Shown here piece by piece: positions 18,743-28,538 of a stretch of 64,000 bases of DNA. A program made the translations under genes and the position numbers. The stretch spans positions 366,934 through 430,933 of the forward strand of contig JBFWNU010000004.1 in the NCBI GenBank assembly GCA_050250895.1. The letters run 5' to 3'. The first letter of the stretch is position 1, and every line of letters begins with the position of its first letter. The stretch comes from Vulcanimicrobiota bacterium (GTDB taxonomy: Bacteria; Vulcanimicrobiota; Xenobia; Xenobiales; JADMJV01). Under the pieces are notes generated by a model that made no database searches, was not told the origin of the DNA, and saw only the letters and a list, made by a program, of their open reading frames with translations.

Positions 18743-20872
18743 ATGGGGCAATCACCAACGGTCCTGGTGGCCGGCGCTGACGAGTCGGTCCGCCAAGCGC
18801 TAGATGTCTGTTTTCCCGATCTCGCCATGGACCGATTCGAGACCGGGCGTGCCGCCATGAATGCTCTGCTCAAGAGCCATTACGATCTGGTCGTGCTCGA
18901 CCATCGACTCCAGAAGCCCGACGGGGTAAAGCTGCTAGAGTACCTGGCCAACCATCCCCGCCTGCGCGAAGCCCAGGTCATTTACTGCCTCGGCAAACAT
19001 GTCGATGCCGCTCTACCCCGGCGTCTGGTCACCGAGCTCGGCGTCACGTCGCTCATCTATCATCCGGTCGAGCCCGAAGAGCTTTGTTTTCAGATGGCTC
19101 GGCTGCTGGGCTTGCCGTCGCCGGTAGCCCTACCCCGCCTGACCGTGGACACCCGGCGAACCACCAGTCGAGGCGACGGTGAAGGGGGGCTCTTGCTAGC
19201 GGTGGGCCTGGGTGAAGACATGGTGGCGGATCTCATCCCGCGGGCCACGGCCCGACGCTTGCGTACGGCCGTGTCCGAAGATTGGCAGAGCCTGACCGCG
19301 GCCGAGTGGATCGAAGACCCACCCCAACTCTTGCTGGTCGACCTCAGCGGGCCCGAACGCAAAGAGAGGATGGCCCTTTTCGGGCGGATTCACGAACTCG
19401 AACTCAACACCCAGGTCATCGCCCTCGTCGGCGAAGAGCTGCAAGACAGGGTCGAAGCTTCCAACCGCGGGGCAGCCCGGGTGCTGACCAAGCCCTTCAC
19501 CATCGAGGCCGTGATGGATGCCATCTATGACGTGCTCGAGAGCAACAAAGAAGAGCAACTCAAGATTCTAGTGGTAGACGACGATCCCCTGACCCTGGCC
19601 AACTTGCAGTGGCTGCTCACCCAGACGGGCTACCGCGTGCAGACCCTGAGCCAGCCGTTGGCCTTTTGGGAATCCCTCGAGTCGTTCGTGCCCGACATGG
19701 TGATCCTCGATGTCATCATGCCAGCCGTGAGCGGTCTTGACCTTTGCCGAGCGGTGCGCACCGATTTGCGCTGGCGCGATCTACCGCTGCTGTTTTTGAC
19801 CATTCAAAGTGACGCGGTGACCGCCCACAACCTGTTTCAGGCCGGGGCCGACGACTTTCTCAACAAGCCCCTGCACAGCCTGGAAGTGCTGACCCGGGTG
19901 ACCAACCGTCTGTCCCGCGCTCGCACCGCCCGCAGCGCCGATCGGGATGGCCTGACCGGAGTGCTGACCCGACGACGGGCCGCTCCCACCCTGCGCCGCC
20001 TGCTGCGCATGGCCGACCGCCGCGACATCCCCTTCTCGTTGTGCGTGCTGGATCTCGACAACTTCAAGCAGGTCAACGACACCCACGGCCACCCGGCCGG
20101 CGATCAGGTGCTGGCCGCTCTGGGCAAACTGCTCCACCGGGCTTTCCGCAACGAGGACGTGGTGGCCCGTTGGGGTGGCGAAGAGTTCGTGGTCGGTCTC
20201 TATGGCATGCCCTCTAGCACCGCCTCACGCCGACTGCGCGGGTGCCTCGAGAAGCTGCGCAAACGGATCTTTCGCGGGCCGTCAGGTCCGTTCGGGGCCA
20301 CCTTCAGCGCCGGGGTGGCCGAGTACCCTCGCGACGGTGAAGACATTCAGACCCTTTACGCCCAGGCCGATGCCGCCCTTTATGAGGCCAAGCAGAAAGG
20401 CCGCGACCAGGTGGTCGAGGTCTCTGAGCAGCGCCAACCAACGGTCAGTCGGGTGGTGCGCAAGGTCGACATCGCACTGGTGGCTCCGGTGGCGGAATGG
20501 AGCCATCTGCTGGCCGACGGCCTCAACGAGACCGGCTACAGCTCGGTGTGGTTCGAATCCACCGAAGAGGCCACCGCTCAGCTGACGGTGACTCCGGCCG
20601 AACTCCAGGCGAAACTGATCGTCTTGGACCTTGACTCCACCGGCAGCCTGCTCGAAGACCTGCGCCTGGACCGCCGACGCGACTTCACCCAGGTCCTGGC
20701 GGTGACGGGTCAGACCAACGCCGAGGTTCGCCTCTGGGCTCTCGACCAGGGAGCCTATGATTGTCTCGAAGCCGGCTGCGGACTGCCGTTGATGTTGCGC
20801 AAGCTGGATCGAGCAATGCAGTTTGGCTACATGTCCGAGCATATGCCTCGGCCGACCGCGGCACGCTCGTAA
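18743..20872 (+). CDS. Multi-receiver diguanylate cyclase (REC-REC-REC-GGDEF-REC)
   Basis: REC motifs LVVLD, LLLVD and ILVVDDD...VILD. GGEEF is preceded by an intact RNED I-site, and there is a degenerate C-terminal REC. Start at 18713 or 18743. Confidence 0.9.
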   Translation: MGQSPTVLVAGADESVRQALDVCFPDLAMDRFETGRAAMNALLKSHYDLVVLDHRLQKPDGVKLLEYLANHPRLREAQVIYCLGKHVDAALPRRLVTELGVTSLIYHPVEPEELCFQMARLLGLPSPVALPRLTVDTRRTTSRGDGEGGLLLAVGLGEDMVADLIPRATARRLRTAVSEDWQSLTAAEWIEDPPQLLLVDLSGPERKERMALFGRIHELELNTQVIALVGEELQDRVEASNRGAARVLTKPFTIEAVMDAIYDVLESNKEEQLKILVVDDDPLTLANLQWLLTQTGYRVQTLSQPLAFWESLESFVPDMVILDVIMPAVSGLDLCRAVRTDLRWRDLPLLFLTIQSDAVTAHNLFQAGADDFLNKPLHSLEVLTRVTNRLSRARTARSADRDGLTGVLTRRRAAPTLRRLLRMADRRDIPFSLCVLDLDNFKQVNDTHGHPAGDQVLAALGKLLHRAFRNEDVVARWGGEEFVVGLYGMPSSTASRRLRGCLEKLRKRIFRGPSGPFGATFSAGVAEYPRDGEDIQTLYAQADAALYEAKQKGRDQVVEVSEQRQPTVSRVVRKVDIALVAPVAEWSHLLADGLNETGYSSVWFESTEEATAQLTVTPAELQAKLIVLDLDSTGSLLEDLRLDRRRDFTQVLAVTGQTNAEVRLWALDQGAYDCLEAGCGLPLMLRKLDRAMQFGYMSEHMPRPTAARS

Positions 20873-20964
20873 AGGCTGACCCAGGGTGGGGCGGGGCCGG
20901 CCCTTTTCATACAAGTTCACACCGTTGAAACAACATGCTCGCTGGCGAAAAGCATGCATGGGGA

Positions 20965-22035
20965 ATGAACCTGAACCCATCCGCCCACACCGTATCCCCC
21001 CACCGCGCCGCGGGTTGTTTCAACTGGCCCGGCACCAAGCCGCCGGAAGAGCCCCCCAAGCCCCCGGCCCCGCCGAACCCGCTCGATCCCCCGGTCAATC
21101 GCGACCGCCTGGTGGACACCTTCATTCGCTTCACCCAGGTAGAAGGTCCCACCCGCAACGAGCGCAAGATCGCTGACGCCATCAAGGCCGAATTGGCCGA
21201 TCTCGGCCTGTCCGCCACCGAAGACGACGCCGGTCCTAAGATTGGTGGCAACACGGGCAACCTGATCGTCAACATCAAGGGCAACGTCGAGGGTGCGCCT
21301 TCGCTGCTGTTTGCTGCCCACATGGACACCGTGCCTCTAGCCGTCGGCGTCAAACCGCAAATCGGCGAAGACGGCATCATTCGCAGCGACGGCACCACTG
21401 CCCTTGGCGGCGACAACCGCGCCGGTGTCTCGGAAATCCTCGAAGCTTATCGCGAGATCAAAGAGAACAACCTGCCCCACGGCGACCTGCAGTTTCTCTT
21501 CACAGTCGGCGAAGAAGGCGGCCTCCTGGGCGCCCGGGCGCTTGACCCCAGCGTGCTGAAGTCTGACTTCGGCTTCGCCGTGGACGTGTTCAAAGCCAAC
21601 CAGCTTTACACCCAGGGACGCCATCTCTTGATCGATGGACAGGAACCCGATTTCTCGCCCGAAGGAGTCCACGCGGCCAAAGACGCAGCCGCCAACTCGC
21701 CCATCATTCCGCCCGAGCACCTCGACCTGCGCCCTGAGGAAGTCGACATCATGAACTTTGCTGGTGGGGCCATGAAAGACATCGGTCTCGAACCCGAGTT
21801 CCACCGCATCGAGTGGGCCGGAACCGACGCCATCGCCCTGCGCCGCCACGGCATGAACGCCATCAGCCTCGGCGCCGGCGAGAACCGGCCTCACACCACC
21901 CGCGAGTTCGTCGAGATCAATGACCTGGTGGCCAGCACCACCCTGATTCGCTCGATGATCGCCAAAGCGGCTGCCCAGGGCATGGCCGCCGCCGCCGTGG
22001 GCGGCCCGGCCGGAGCCGCGCTGGCCACCGCCTAG
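20965..22035 (+). CDS. M20 peptidase T-like metallohydrolase with Pro-rich N-terminal extension
   Basis: AHMDTV, GGDNRAG, GEEGG, FAVD and C-terminal PHTTRE metal-binding motifs. Confidence 0.85.
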   Translation: MNLNPSAHTVSPHRAAGCFNWPGTKPPEEPPKPPAPPNPLDPPVNRDRLVDTFIRFTQVEGPTRNERKIADAIKAELADLGLSATEDDAGPKIGGNTGNLIVNIKGNVEGAPSLLFAAHMDTVPLAVGVKPQIGEDGIIRSDGTTALGGDNRAGVSEILEAYREIKENNLPHGDLQFLFTVGEEGGLLGARALDPSVLKSDFGFAVDVFKANQLYTQGRHLLIDGQEPDFSPEGVHAAKDAAANSPIIPPEHLDLRPEEVDIMNFAGGAMKDIGLEPEFHRIEWAGTDAIALRRHGMNAISLGAGENRPHTTREFVEINDLVASTTLIRSMIAKAAAQGMAAAAVGGPAGAALATA

Positions 22036-22833
22036 ATGCGACTGGCGCTAGTTACCTGCGCCGAGTTCGGTCTCATCGACGACGACCAGTTTCTGGTCAA
22101 AGCCCTCGAAGCTCGAGGGCTTTTTGCATCGCCGGTGGTCTGGACCGGCCCCATCGACTGGTCCGGTTATGCGGCCGCCCTGGTGCGAACGCCCTGGGAC
22201 TACCAGGGCCGTTTGCAAGAATTCCTGGCCTTCAGTCGCTCGGTCCCGGTGCCCCTGTGGCACTCGCCCGAACTCATCGCCTGGAACGCCAGCAAGACCT
22301 ACTTGCTCGAACTTATCCCGCAAGTACCGGTGGTGCCCACCTTGCTCGACCCCGACTGGGATGAGGTGCCGTGGGACGAGGTGGTGGTCAAGCCCGTGGT
22401 GGGAGCCAGTGCCCGCGGGCTCGTTCGTCTGCGCCGCGGCCAGCCCTTGCCGACCGGCCTGGTTCAGCCATATCTGCCCAGCGTCGCCTGTGACGGCGAA
22501 TTTTCGCTGATCTTTCTCGATGGTCGCTTCACTCACGCCATTCGCAAGCAGCCAGCGGCCGGCGACTTTCGCGTGCAAGAGCATCTGGGCGGTCGCTCCT
22601 TGCCCGCCCTCGCTTCGCCCACCCTGATAGCTCAAGCCGAAGCGGTGCTGGCCTGCATCGAGCCGACGCTCTACGCCCGGGTCGACTTTTTGCCAGGACC
22701 CCAGGGTTGGCTGCTCAGCGAACTCGAACTCATCGAGCCAGAACTCTTCTTTCGCTGTTGTCCCCAGGCGGCCGAGGTGCTGGCCGACGGGATCGCCGCT
22801 CGCCTGGCCGGGGGCTGCGCCCTTACGGCCTAG
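22036..22833 (+). CDS. ATP-grasp protein (RimK/glutathione synthetase-like)
   Basis: RTPWDY, VVKPVVGAS, VQPYL, YARVD and ELELIEP motifs. Confidence 0.85.
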   Translation: MRLALVTCAEFGLIDDDQFLVKALEARGLFASPVVWTGPIDWSGYAAALVRTPWDYQGRLQEFLAFSRSVPVPLWHSPELIAWNASKTYLLELIPQVPVVPTLLDPDWDEVPWDEVVVKPVVGASARGLVRLRRGQPLPTGLVQPYLPSVACDGEFSLIFLDGRFTHAIRKQPAAGDFRVQEHLGGRSLPALASPTLIAQAEAVLACIEPTLYARVDFLPGPQGWLLSELELIEPELFFRCCPQAAEVLADGIAARLAGGCALTA

Positions 22834-23600
22834 CCGTGATCCACCGGTCGCCAGCCCAACAAAAAGCCACGCTGAGCCAGTTGCTGCAGATCGACGAGTT
22901 CTTCGAGCTGCTGGCGGGGCATGTGGGCGACCACGCCATAGACGTAGTGGTCTTTACGGGTCAGCAAGGTGGTGTAACCCTGGTACTGCTGGGGCTCTAG
23001 TTCGCCCTGGTAAGAAGCGAGAAAGTCGCTGGCCGGCAAGACATAGACCGACACCCGCTGGTCCCCCTTGAGATACATCAAGTGCCCAGCCCGGACCTCG
23101 CCGGCCGGGCATTCGCGCTGGTCGTAAGCGACCAGCTCAGACGAAACCGTGGGCGAGGGGGGCTTGTCGCCACCGAGCTTATCGAGCCATCGCTGGTATT
23201 GAGACTTGCGACCCGGGCTGGGGGCGATATCGAAACAGGTCTCATGATGATCGACCAGGGCGATGATGGCCTCGTCGGCCCGAGGGCGATAAAGATAGCC
23301 AAGACAGACCAGACAGATGACGGCGGCCGCGGCCAGCACCTTGAAGACCAGCGGGCGCAGGGGTCGGACCTTCCTCTGACGCTCTTGAGCGATGGCCTCG
23401 AGTAGACGCGCTTGAACCTCGGCCGGATATTCGAACTCTGGCTGGCTCCGCACCAGGGCGCCGCGTAACCCCACCAGGAATTGCTTCTTCAAGCGACAAT
23501 CCTCGCAACTGGCCAGATGCTCTTCCACCGTCACCGGGTCGGACAGGTGGCCGTTGAGATACTCGGTCAGTTGGTCTTGTACGTCTTGGCAGGCTTGCAT
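22830..23600 (-). CDS. Zinc-binding (ZAS) transmembrane anti-sigma factor
   Basis: HLASCEDC matches HxxxCxxC; one TM helix and an extracytoplasmic domain. Probable start MQACQD, with a GGAG RBS. Confidence 0.85.
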   Translation of the reverse strand: MQACQDVQDQLTEYLNGHLSDPVTVEEHLASCEDCRLKKQFLVGLRGALVRSQPEFEYPAEVQARLLEAIAQERQRKVRPLRPLVFKVLAAAAVICLVCLGYLYRPRADEAIIALVDHHETCFDIAPSPGRKSQYQRWLDKLGGDKPPSPTVSSELVAYDQRECPAGEVRAGHLMYLKGDQRVSVYVLPASDFLASYQGELEPQQYQGYTTLLTRKDHYVYGVVAHMPRQQLEELVDLQQLAQRGFLLGWRPVDHG

Positions 23601-23630
23601 GTCTTTCTCCAGCCCCCACAATGGGGCCGG

Positions 23631-23670
23631 CTCCAGAAAAAGTTCCCGATCTCGGAACTTTTTTTTGGAG
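23631..23670. promoter_or_regulatory. Inverted repeat with two back-to-back GGAACTT (ECF -35-like) elements
   Basis: CTCCAGAAAAAGTTCC-cgatctc-GGAACTTTTTTTTGGAG lies between the divergent anti-sigma and sigma genes. Confidence 0.6.
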
Positions 23671-23701
23671 GATTCCAAAAGTGGCCGCATAACCCGGGCG
23701 A

Positions 23702-24244
23702 GTGAGCGACACTTTCAACGACGAGGCGCTGACCCACTCCGAAGCCCTGTACCGCTTCGCGCGGCGGCTTTGTCGTTTGCCGGCCGACGCCGAAGACTTG
23801 CTCCAAGAAACCTTCCTCAAGGCCTATCGCTCCTTTCACCAGTACACTCCCGGCACGAACTGCAAGTCGTGGCTGTTTCGCATCATGCACAACTGCCACC
23901 GCCAGAAGTGGCGCAAAGCCGAAACCCGAGCCACCCATGTGGCCATCGAGCAAGAGGGCGGTGAATTCGTGCTGCACAACTACATGCTCGAAAAAGACGA
24001 GACCTATCGAGACAATCCCGAAAAGCGGCTACTCGACCGCTTGCCCTCGGCCGCCATGCAAAAGGCTCTCGAAGAATTGCCCGAAGAGTACCGCACCACG
24101 CTGTTGCTGTGCGACGTCGAGCAGATGTCGTATCAAGAAGTGGCCGATCTGCTGGAGGTGCCGATCGGCACGGTCCGCTCGCGACTCAACCGGGCTCGCG
24201 GCCGGCTGCAGCGAAGGCTCATGCAACTGCAATCACTCGAGTAG
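23702..24244 (+). CDS. ECF sigma factor (SigH/SigR/RpoE-like)
   Basis: DAEDLLQETFLKAY and SWLFRIMHN (region 2); SYQEVADLLEVPIGTVRSRLNRAR (region 4). Confidence 0.95.
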   Translation: MSDTFNDEALTHSEALYRFARRLCRLPADAEDLLQETFLKAYRSFHQYTPGTNCKSWLFRIMHNCHRQKWRKAETRATHVAIEQEGGEFVLHNYMLEKDETYRDNPEKRLLDRLPSAAMQKALEELPEEYRTTLLLCDVEQMSYQEVADLLEVPIGTVRSRLNRARGRLQRRLMQLQSLE

Positions 24245-26692
24245 TTCACCCTCTTCTTCCTCGACGTAGGGCGGCAAAGCGATCGAGAAGGTGGCTCCCC
24301 GATCGGGTTGCGAGCGCAAGGCCAGACTGCCGCCATTGCGTTCGACCAGTTCCAGGCTGACCGAAAGCCCGAGACCGGTGCCCTGGCCGACATCCTTGGT
24401 GGTGAAGAAAGGGTCGAAAATACGGTCTTGCAGCTCGGGCGCCACCCCCGGACCGGTGTCGACCACCTCGAGCAAGACCCTCTCCCCGTCAAAGCGCGAA
24501 AAGACCGTGACCAGGGTGTCGGAGGCTTCGGGCAAAAGCACGGCGTCCTTAGCATTGATGATCAGGTTGGTCAGGACCTGTTGGAGCTCGGTGCGGTTGG
24601 CGCGAACCAGCGGAACCTCGGAGAGCCGCTTCTCCAGGCGGACCCCCAGCTTGACCACTTGAGGGCCGATGAGGGCCAGAGTGTCGCTGAGCACCTGGTT
24701 GGGATCGACGGTCTGCTGTTCAGAGGGTGCCCGGCGTGAATAGACGAGCAGCTTGGAGATGATCTCGCGGGCGCCTTTGGCCGCTTCTTCGGCCACCGCC
24801 AGCTTCTTGTCGGCTGGTCCGAGGTTGCCCTTTTTGATGTTGATCCGCACCGATTGGACGGCCAACAGGATGGCCGCCAACGGCGAGTTGATCTCATGGG
24901 CCACCCCGGCCGCCAGCTGCCCGATGGCGGCCATCTTCGAGGATTGCACCAACTGAGCTTGCGATTCTTCCAACTCTTGATTGGTAGCCAGAACCTGCTG
25001 ATAGAGACGACTGTTGGTGCAGACCGCGGCCGCGTGGTAGGCCAGGGTCATCAGCACGTCCTGATCATTGCGGGAAAAGGCGTTGGGCGTGGGCGAGGTT
25101 AGCGTGACGATACCCTCGACCCGGTCCTCGGACAGGATCGGCACCACCAGCACCCCTTTGGCGCCGGCCGTCGGCTGGCCAAAGCGAGACGTCTGGATAT
25201 CTTCAAAGAGCAAAGGGCAGCCCTGCGTGGTGGCTGCCTGCAGCAACCCCTCGAGCGCAGGGGTCCAGCGAACCGAGTCGGGCCAATGCAGACGCAACGA
25301 GCGTTCGTCGCTCAAGAGCACGATGCAGCCAGCCTGGTGATGAGGCACCAACCCTCGGGCCAGCCGCTGGAGCCGGTCGAGCAGGGCGGCCGGGTCGAGG
25401 GTCGAGGCCATCTCTCCCGAGGCCGCCAGCATCGCCGCCAGGCGCTCGTTCCACAAGGAAAGATTCTGGTTGGCCTCCGCCTGCGAAGTCAGGGCCGTGC
25501 CCAGCTCTTCGGACCGGCGGGCCGAGACCAGCGCTGGCACCACCTGGTCGGCCAGCAGTGCCAGCAGGTTCAGTTCGGCCCGCTCGAAACGCTCGCGGTG
25601 AATCTTGCCACAATAGAGCACCCCCACCCGAAACAGCGGCAGAGCCACCGCGCTTTGCTCGTCGTCGAAAAGGCGCGGACCGGCCAGGTGGTGTGGCTTG
25701 GTCAAGAGCACCTTGCGCTCTTGCCAGCACTGCAACACGATGGGTTCGTGGGTATCGAGCAGTTCGAAGCTCTCGAGCTTCTCGCGGTGGCGGCTCTTCC
25801 AGCCCTTGGGCACCAGTCGCTCTGCCTCTTCCAGAAAGATGACGGCACTGTCGCAGCGCACCACCCGCTGAGCCATGGTGACGGCCATCTCGATGGTCGC
25901 CTCGAGCCCCGGTCCGCGGGCCAGTTCGGCCGCCAACTGGTCGAGCAGGGCACGCTCTTCATACTTCTCGCTCAAAGTTCGCTGGGTCACGTTGAGGGCG
26001 TTGCCCAGCTTTTCAGCCTGCCGCTCGGCTGCCTCCTGGCGTTGCTTGAGCAGGCGGCGGGTCAGGGTTTCGACCTCGCTGGTGACGAAGCGGCCGAAGC
26101 GAACCCCCGACATCAGGATGGGCATGGTGGCTAGCGCCAGCCACGGCTCGGTCTGCATGCTGGTGGCGATCAGGGGAGCCAGGAGTCCCGCCCCGGCCTG
26201 GAACGGGAAGAGATTCAGCCGAATGAAACTCTCTTGTTCGGGGTCGATGTCACCGGCTAGTTGGCCGGGCAACCACAGCATCAAGGGCGAGTAAAGGCCG
26301 AGCGCCAGGAAAGTGCGCCCCAACAAGCCCGGATCCGTGAAGAGCACCTCGGCCGGTGGCCCCGACAGCGTCAGGGCCATCAGTCCGGGCAGCAGGTCCA
26401 CCAATATGTCGCGAAGTTTGGGGCCGCCATGGAGCACGCTCTTGAGCAAGACTCCACCAACCATAAACAGGACGGCCGCTCGCAGCCCCACCCCTTCGGT
26501 GAGTGCGATGGCCAGATAGATGGGGAAAGCCAGGCTGAACAGTCCGTAGCCAGGCACCACCACAGCTCGCGCCTCGATCACCACCACAGCGATGAGATAG
26601 GCGTAAAGGAGAACCGAGGAGGTGGGATTTGTGCCGACCCAGAGGTCGAAAGCGCCCAGAACCAGGCAAAGCAGCAGGGCTGGGCGTTCCAA
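24233..26692 (-). CDS. Membrane sensor histidine kinase (TM-GAF-GAF-HisKA-HATPase)
   Basis: AHEINSPL H-box, NLIINAKDA N-box, DTGPG, FFTTK and GTGLGL; two GAF-like repeats. No adjacent response regulator. Confidence 0.92.
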   Translation of the reverse strand: MERPALLLCLVLGAFDLWVGTNPTSSVLLYAYLIAVVVIEARAVVVPGYGLFSLAFPIYLAIALTEGVGLRAAVLFMVGGVLLKSVLHGGPKLRDILVDLLPGLMALTLSGPPAEVLFTDPGLLGRTFLALGLYSPLMLWLPGQLAGDIDPEQESFIRLNLFPFQAGAGLLAPLIATSMQTEPWLALATMPILMSGVRFGRFVTSEVETLTRRLLKQRQEAAERQAEKLGNALNVTQRTLSEKYEERALLDQLAAELARGPGLEATIEMAVTMAQRVVRCDSAVIFLEEAERLVPKGWKSRHREKLESFELLDTHEPIVLQCWQERKVLLTKPHHLAGPRLFDDEQSAVALPLFRVGVLYCGKIHRERFERAELNLLALLADQVVPALVSARRSEELGTALTSQAEANQNLSLWNERLAAMLAASGEMASTLDPAALLDRLQRLARGLVPHHQAGCIVLLSDERSLRLHWPDSVRWTPALEGLLQAATTQGCPLLFEDIQTSRFGQPTAGAKGVLVVPILSEDRVEGIVTLTSPTPNAFSRNDQDVLMTLAYHAAAVCTNSRLYQQVLATNQELEESQAQLVQSSKMAAIGQLAAGVAHEINSPLAAILLAVQSVRINIKKGNLGPADKKLAVAEEAAKGAREIISKLLVYSRRAPSEQQTVDPNQVLSDTLALIGPQVVKLGVRLEKRLSEVPLVRANRTELQQVLTNLIINAKDAVLLPEASDTLVTVFSRFDGERVLLEVVDTGPGVAPELQDRIFDPFFTTKDVGQGTGLGLSVSLELVERNGGSLALRSQPDRGATFSIALPPYVEEEEGELLE

Positions 26693-26697
26693 GGCCG

Positions 26698-27006
26698 CTA
26701 AGGCGCCCCGAAATCACCGGGTGTGGCGAGAATGTGCATGGCGCGAAAAAGCTCTTCGCGCTGAATGCGAAAATCGACCCCCAGTTCTTGACCGCGCTTC
26801 TGCAGGTCCTGACGCAACTTCAACAGGTTGAAGGAGTCGCAATTCGAGGACTCGGCAAAAAGAAGAAGTCCCCCGCGGGCCTGCTCGGTGCGACTGACCA
26901 CCAGGCCCTGGTCGGCCAACAGACCCAGCACCCTGCTCTCGAATCCCCCTTCGCCCTTGAGGCTGAAGGCTGCGATGATCAAACTACAACCGGAACTCAT
27001 AGGCAC
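26698..27006 (-). CDS. Stand-alone ACT-domain protein (UPF0237-like)
   Basis: C-terminal GQELGVDFRIQREELFRAMH resembles the UPF0237 family tail. Confidence 0.6.
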   Translation of the reverse strand: MPMSSGCSLIIAAFSLKGEGGFESRVLGLLADQGLVVSRTEQARGGLLLFAESSNCDSFNLLKLRQDLQKRGQELGVDFRIQREELFRAMHILATPGDFGAP

Positions 27007-27042
27007 AGGTTCACCGCCTGCAGCGAGCCCCCTCCTCCGGCC

Positions 27043-27714
27043 TTAAGGAGCGACTTCGGTCCACACCGGCAGGCGGAAAGGCTGCCCTTTGTGCGTTCCC
27101 TCGATCCACCACGGGCCGGCCGCCTCAACCTTGAGGTCTCCCAGCGTTTTGCCTTTGAGGTCACCCGCCTGGCCCACCCCGCCCTGGCCTTTGAATTGAA
27201 GCGACTGCTTTGCAGTTCTGACGGTCAGGGTGTAGTGTTGGCCCTGGGCCAACAACAGGTCGGCGCTGGCCCCGGTCGCCTCTTTGCCTGCCCAGCGCGG
27301 GCCGCTGCCGGCCTCGGCCTTGAGGGACCGCAGGGCTGACACCAGCCCGGTCAGGGGAACGGGCAGGTCCCGGCGACCCTGCTCCCAGCTGTAGTCACGC
27401 CGGCTGCCAGCAGACTGATAAACCAGAGAGGTGGTCATATTGGCGTATTGCCTGAGCTGGATGCCTTCTGCCGCTTTGAGACAGTTCAGCACCTTTTGCA
27501 GCTGGGTCTTGTCCACTTTGCCCAGATAGGTCCGGGTGGCGTGCCCCGGCGTCACCATCGTAGTCTTGAAAAGCGAGCCATCCGAGCGCAGTTCCGTTCC
27601 GCCTCCCCCACCGGTGATTCCCCCGGCGGTGGTCAGCGTGATCCGCCACGGTTCCTCGGCCAATCCGGGCACGGCGCACAGCAAGAGCAGAACTATTCCT
27701 AGTCTCGTTCGCAT
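27043..27714 (-). CDS. Secreted hypothetical protein
   Basis: Signal peptide MRTRLGIVLLLLCAVPGLA followed by a GGITG motif. Confidence 0.7.
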   Translation of the reverse strand: MRTRLGIVLLLLCAVPGLAEEPWRITLTTAGGITGGGGGTELRSDGSLFKTTMVTPGHATRTYLGKVDKTQLQKVLNCLKAAEGIQLRQYANMTTSLVYQSAGSRRDYSWEQGRRDLPVPLTGLVSALRSLKAEAGSGPRWAGKEATGASADLLLAQGQHYTLTVRTAKQSLQFKGQGGVGQAGDLKGKTLGDLKVEAAGPWWIEGTHKGQPFRLPVWTEVAP

Positions 27715-27827
27715 CAGTCATGCTTCTGGCGGCTAGCGGGACCTCCTGTGAGGCCACCCGCCTGATACGATCTCGATGAAGTCTGGCCGGGCCAGGATTC
27801 TGGCCCTGGTCAGGAATATCAAGAACC

Positions 27828-28526
27828 ATGCCAAACTTCTCGCAAGTTCCCCCGCACGCCTCGGGTCGCCTGGGCAAGTTGCTGCTCATCGAAGACAACC
27901 CCGAACTCTCGCGCTTGCTAGAAGCCTATCTGAGCAAGCAGGGCTTCGAACTCGAGGCCGTGGACGAGGGGGACGGAGTGCTCGAGCAACTCAAGCAGGG
28001 CTATGACCTGATTCTGCTCGACTTGCTCTTGCCCGGCATTAGCGGCATGGAAGTCATCAAGCGAGTGCGCGCTCGCACGCCCCTGCCCATCCTGGTGATC
28101 TCGGCTTGCGCGGCGGGCGAGGACCGGGTCAAGGCTCTCGACCTGGGGGCCGACGACTACCTGGTGAAGCCGTTCCTGCCGGCCGAACTGGTGGCTCGGG
28201 TGCGGGCCCTCTTAAGACGAACCCGAACGGTCCAGCCCTCAGCTTATGAGTCGGTGCTCGAGATCGATCCGGCCAGTCGCGAGGTCCGCCTGCTGGGGCA
28301 GCCCGTCGATCTCACCGAGCGCGAGCGCGAATTACTGATGGTGCTGGCCTCCGAGCCGGGTCGAAACTTTACCCGAGCCGAACTGCTGGAGCGAATCTGG
28401 GGAGGCACCCAGGATACCCGTCGCGTCGACCTCTACATCAGCCGCATTCGAGCCAAGTTGCGGCTACCAGGCGACCAGGAGTTCGTCCATTCCATCTACG
28501 GAGTAGGCTATCGCTTTGGCCAGTGA
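27828..28526 (+). CDS. OmpR-family response regulator
   Basis: LLIEDN, LILLD and GADDYLVKPF in REC; winged helix ending YGVGYRF. Confidence 0.95.
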   Translation: MPNFSQVPPHASGRLGKLLLIEDNPELSRLLEAYLSKQGFELEAVDEGDGVLEQLKQGYDLILLDLLLPGISGMEVIKRVRARTPLPILVISACAAGEDRVKALDLGADDYLVKPFLPAELVARVRALLRRTRTVQPSAYESVLEIDPASREVRLLGQPVDLTERERELLMVLASEPGRNFTRAELLERIWGGTQDTRRVDLYISRIRAKLRLPGDQEFVHSIYGVGYRFGQ

Positions 28527-28538
28527 GAAGTCCGTCCC

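Noticed and set aside
20873-20960. Possible terminator or hairpin after the diguanylate cyclase
   Set aside because: The stems are short or imperfect and too weak to call.
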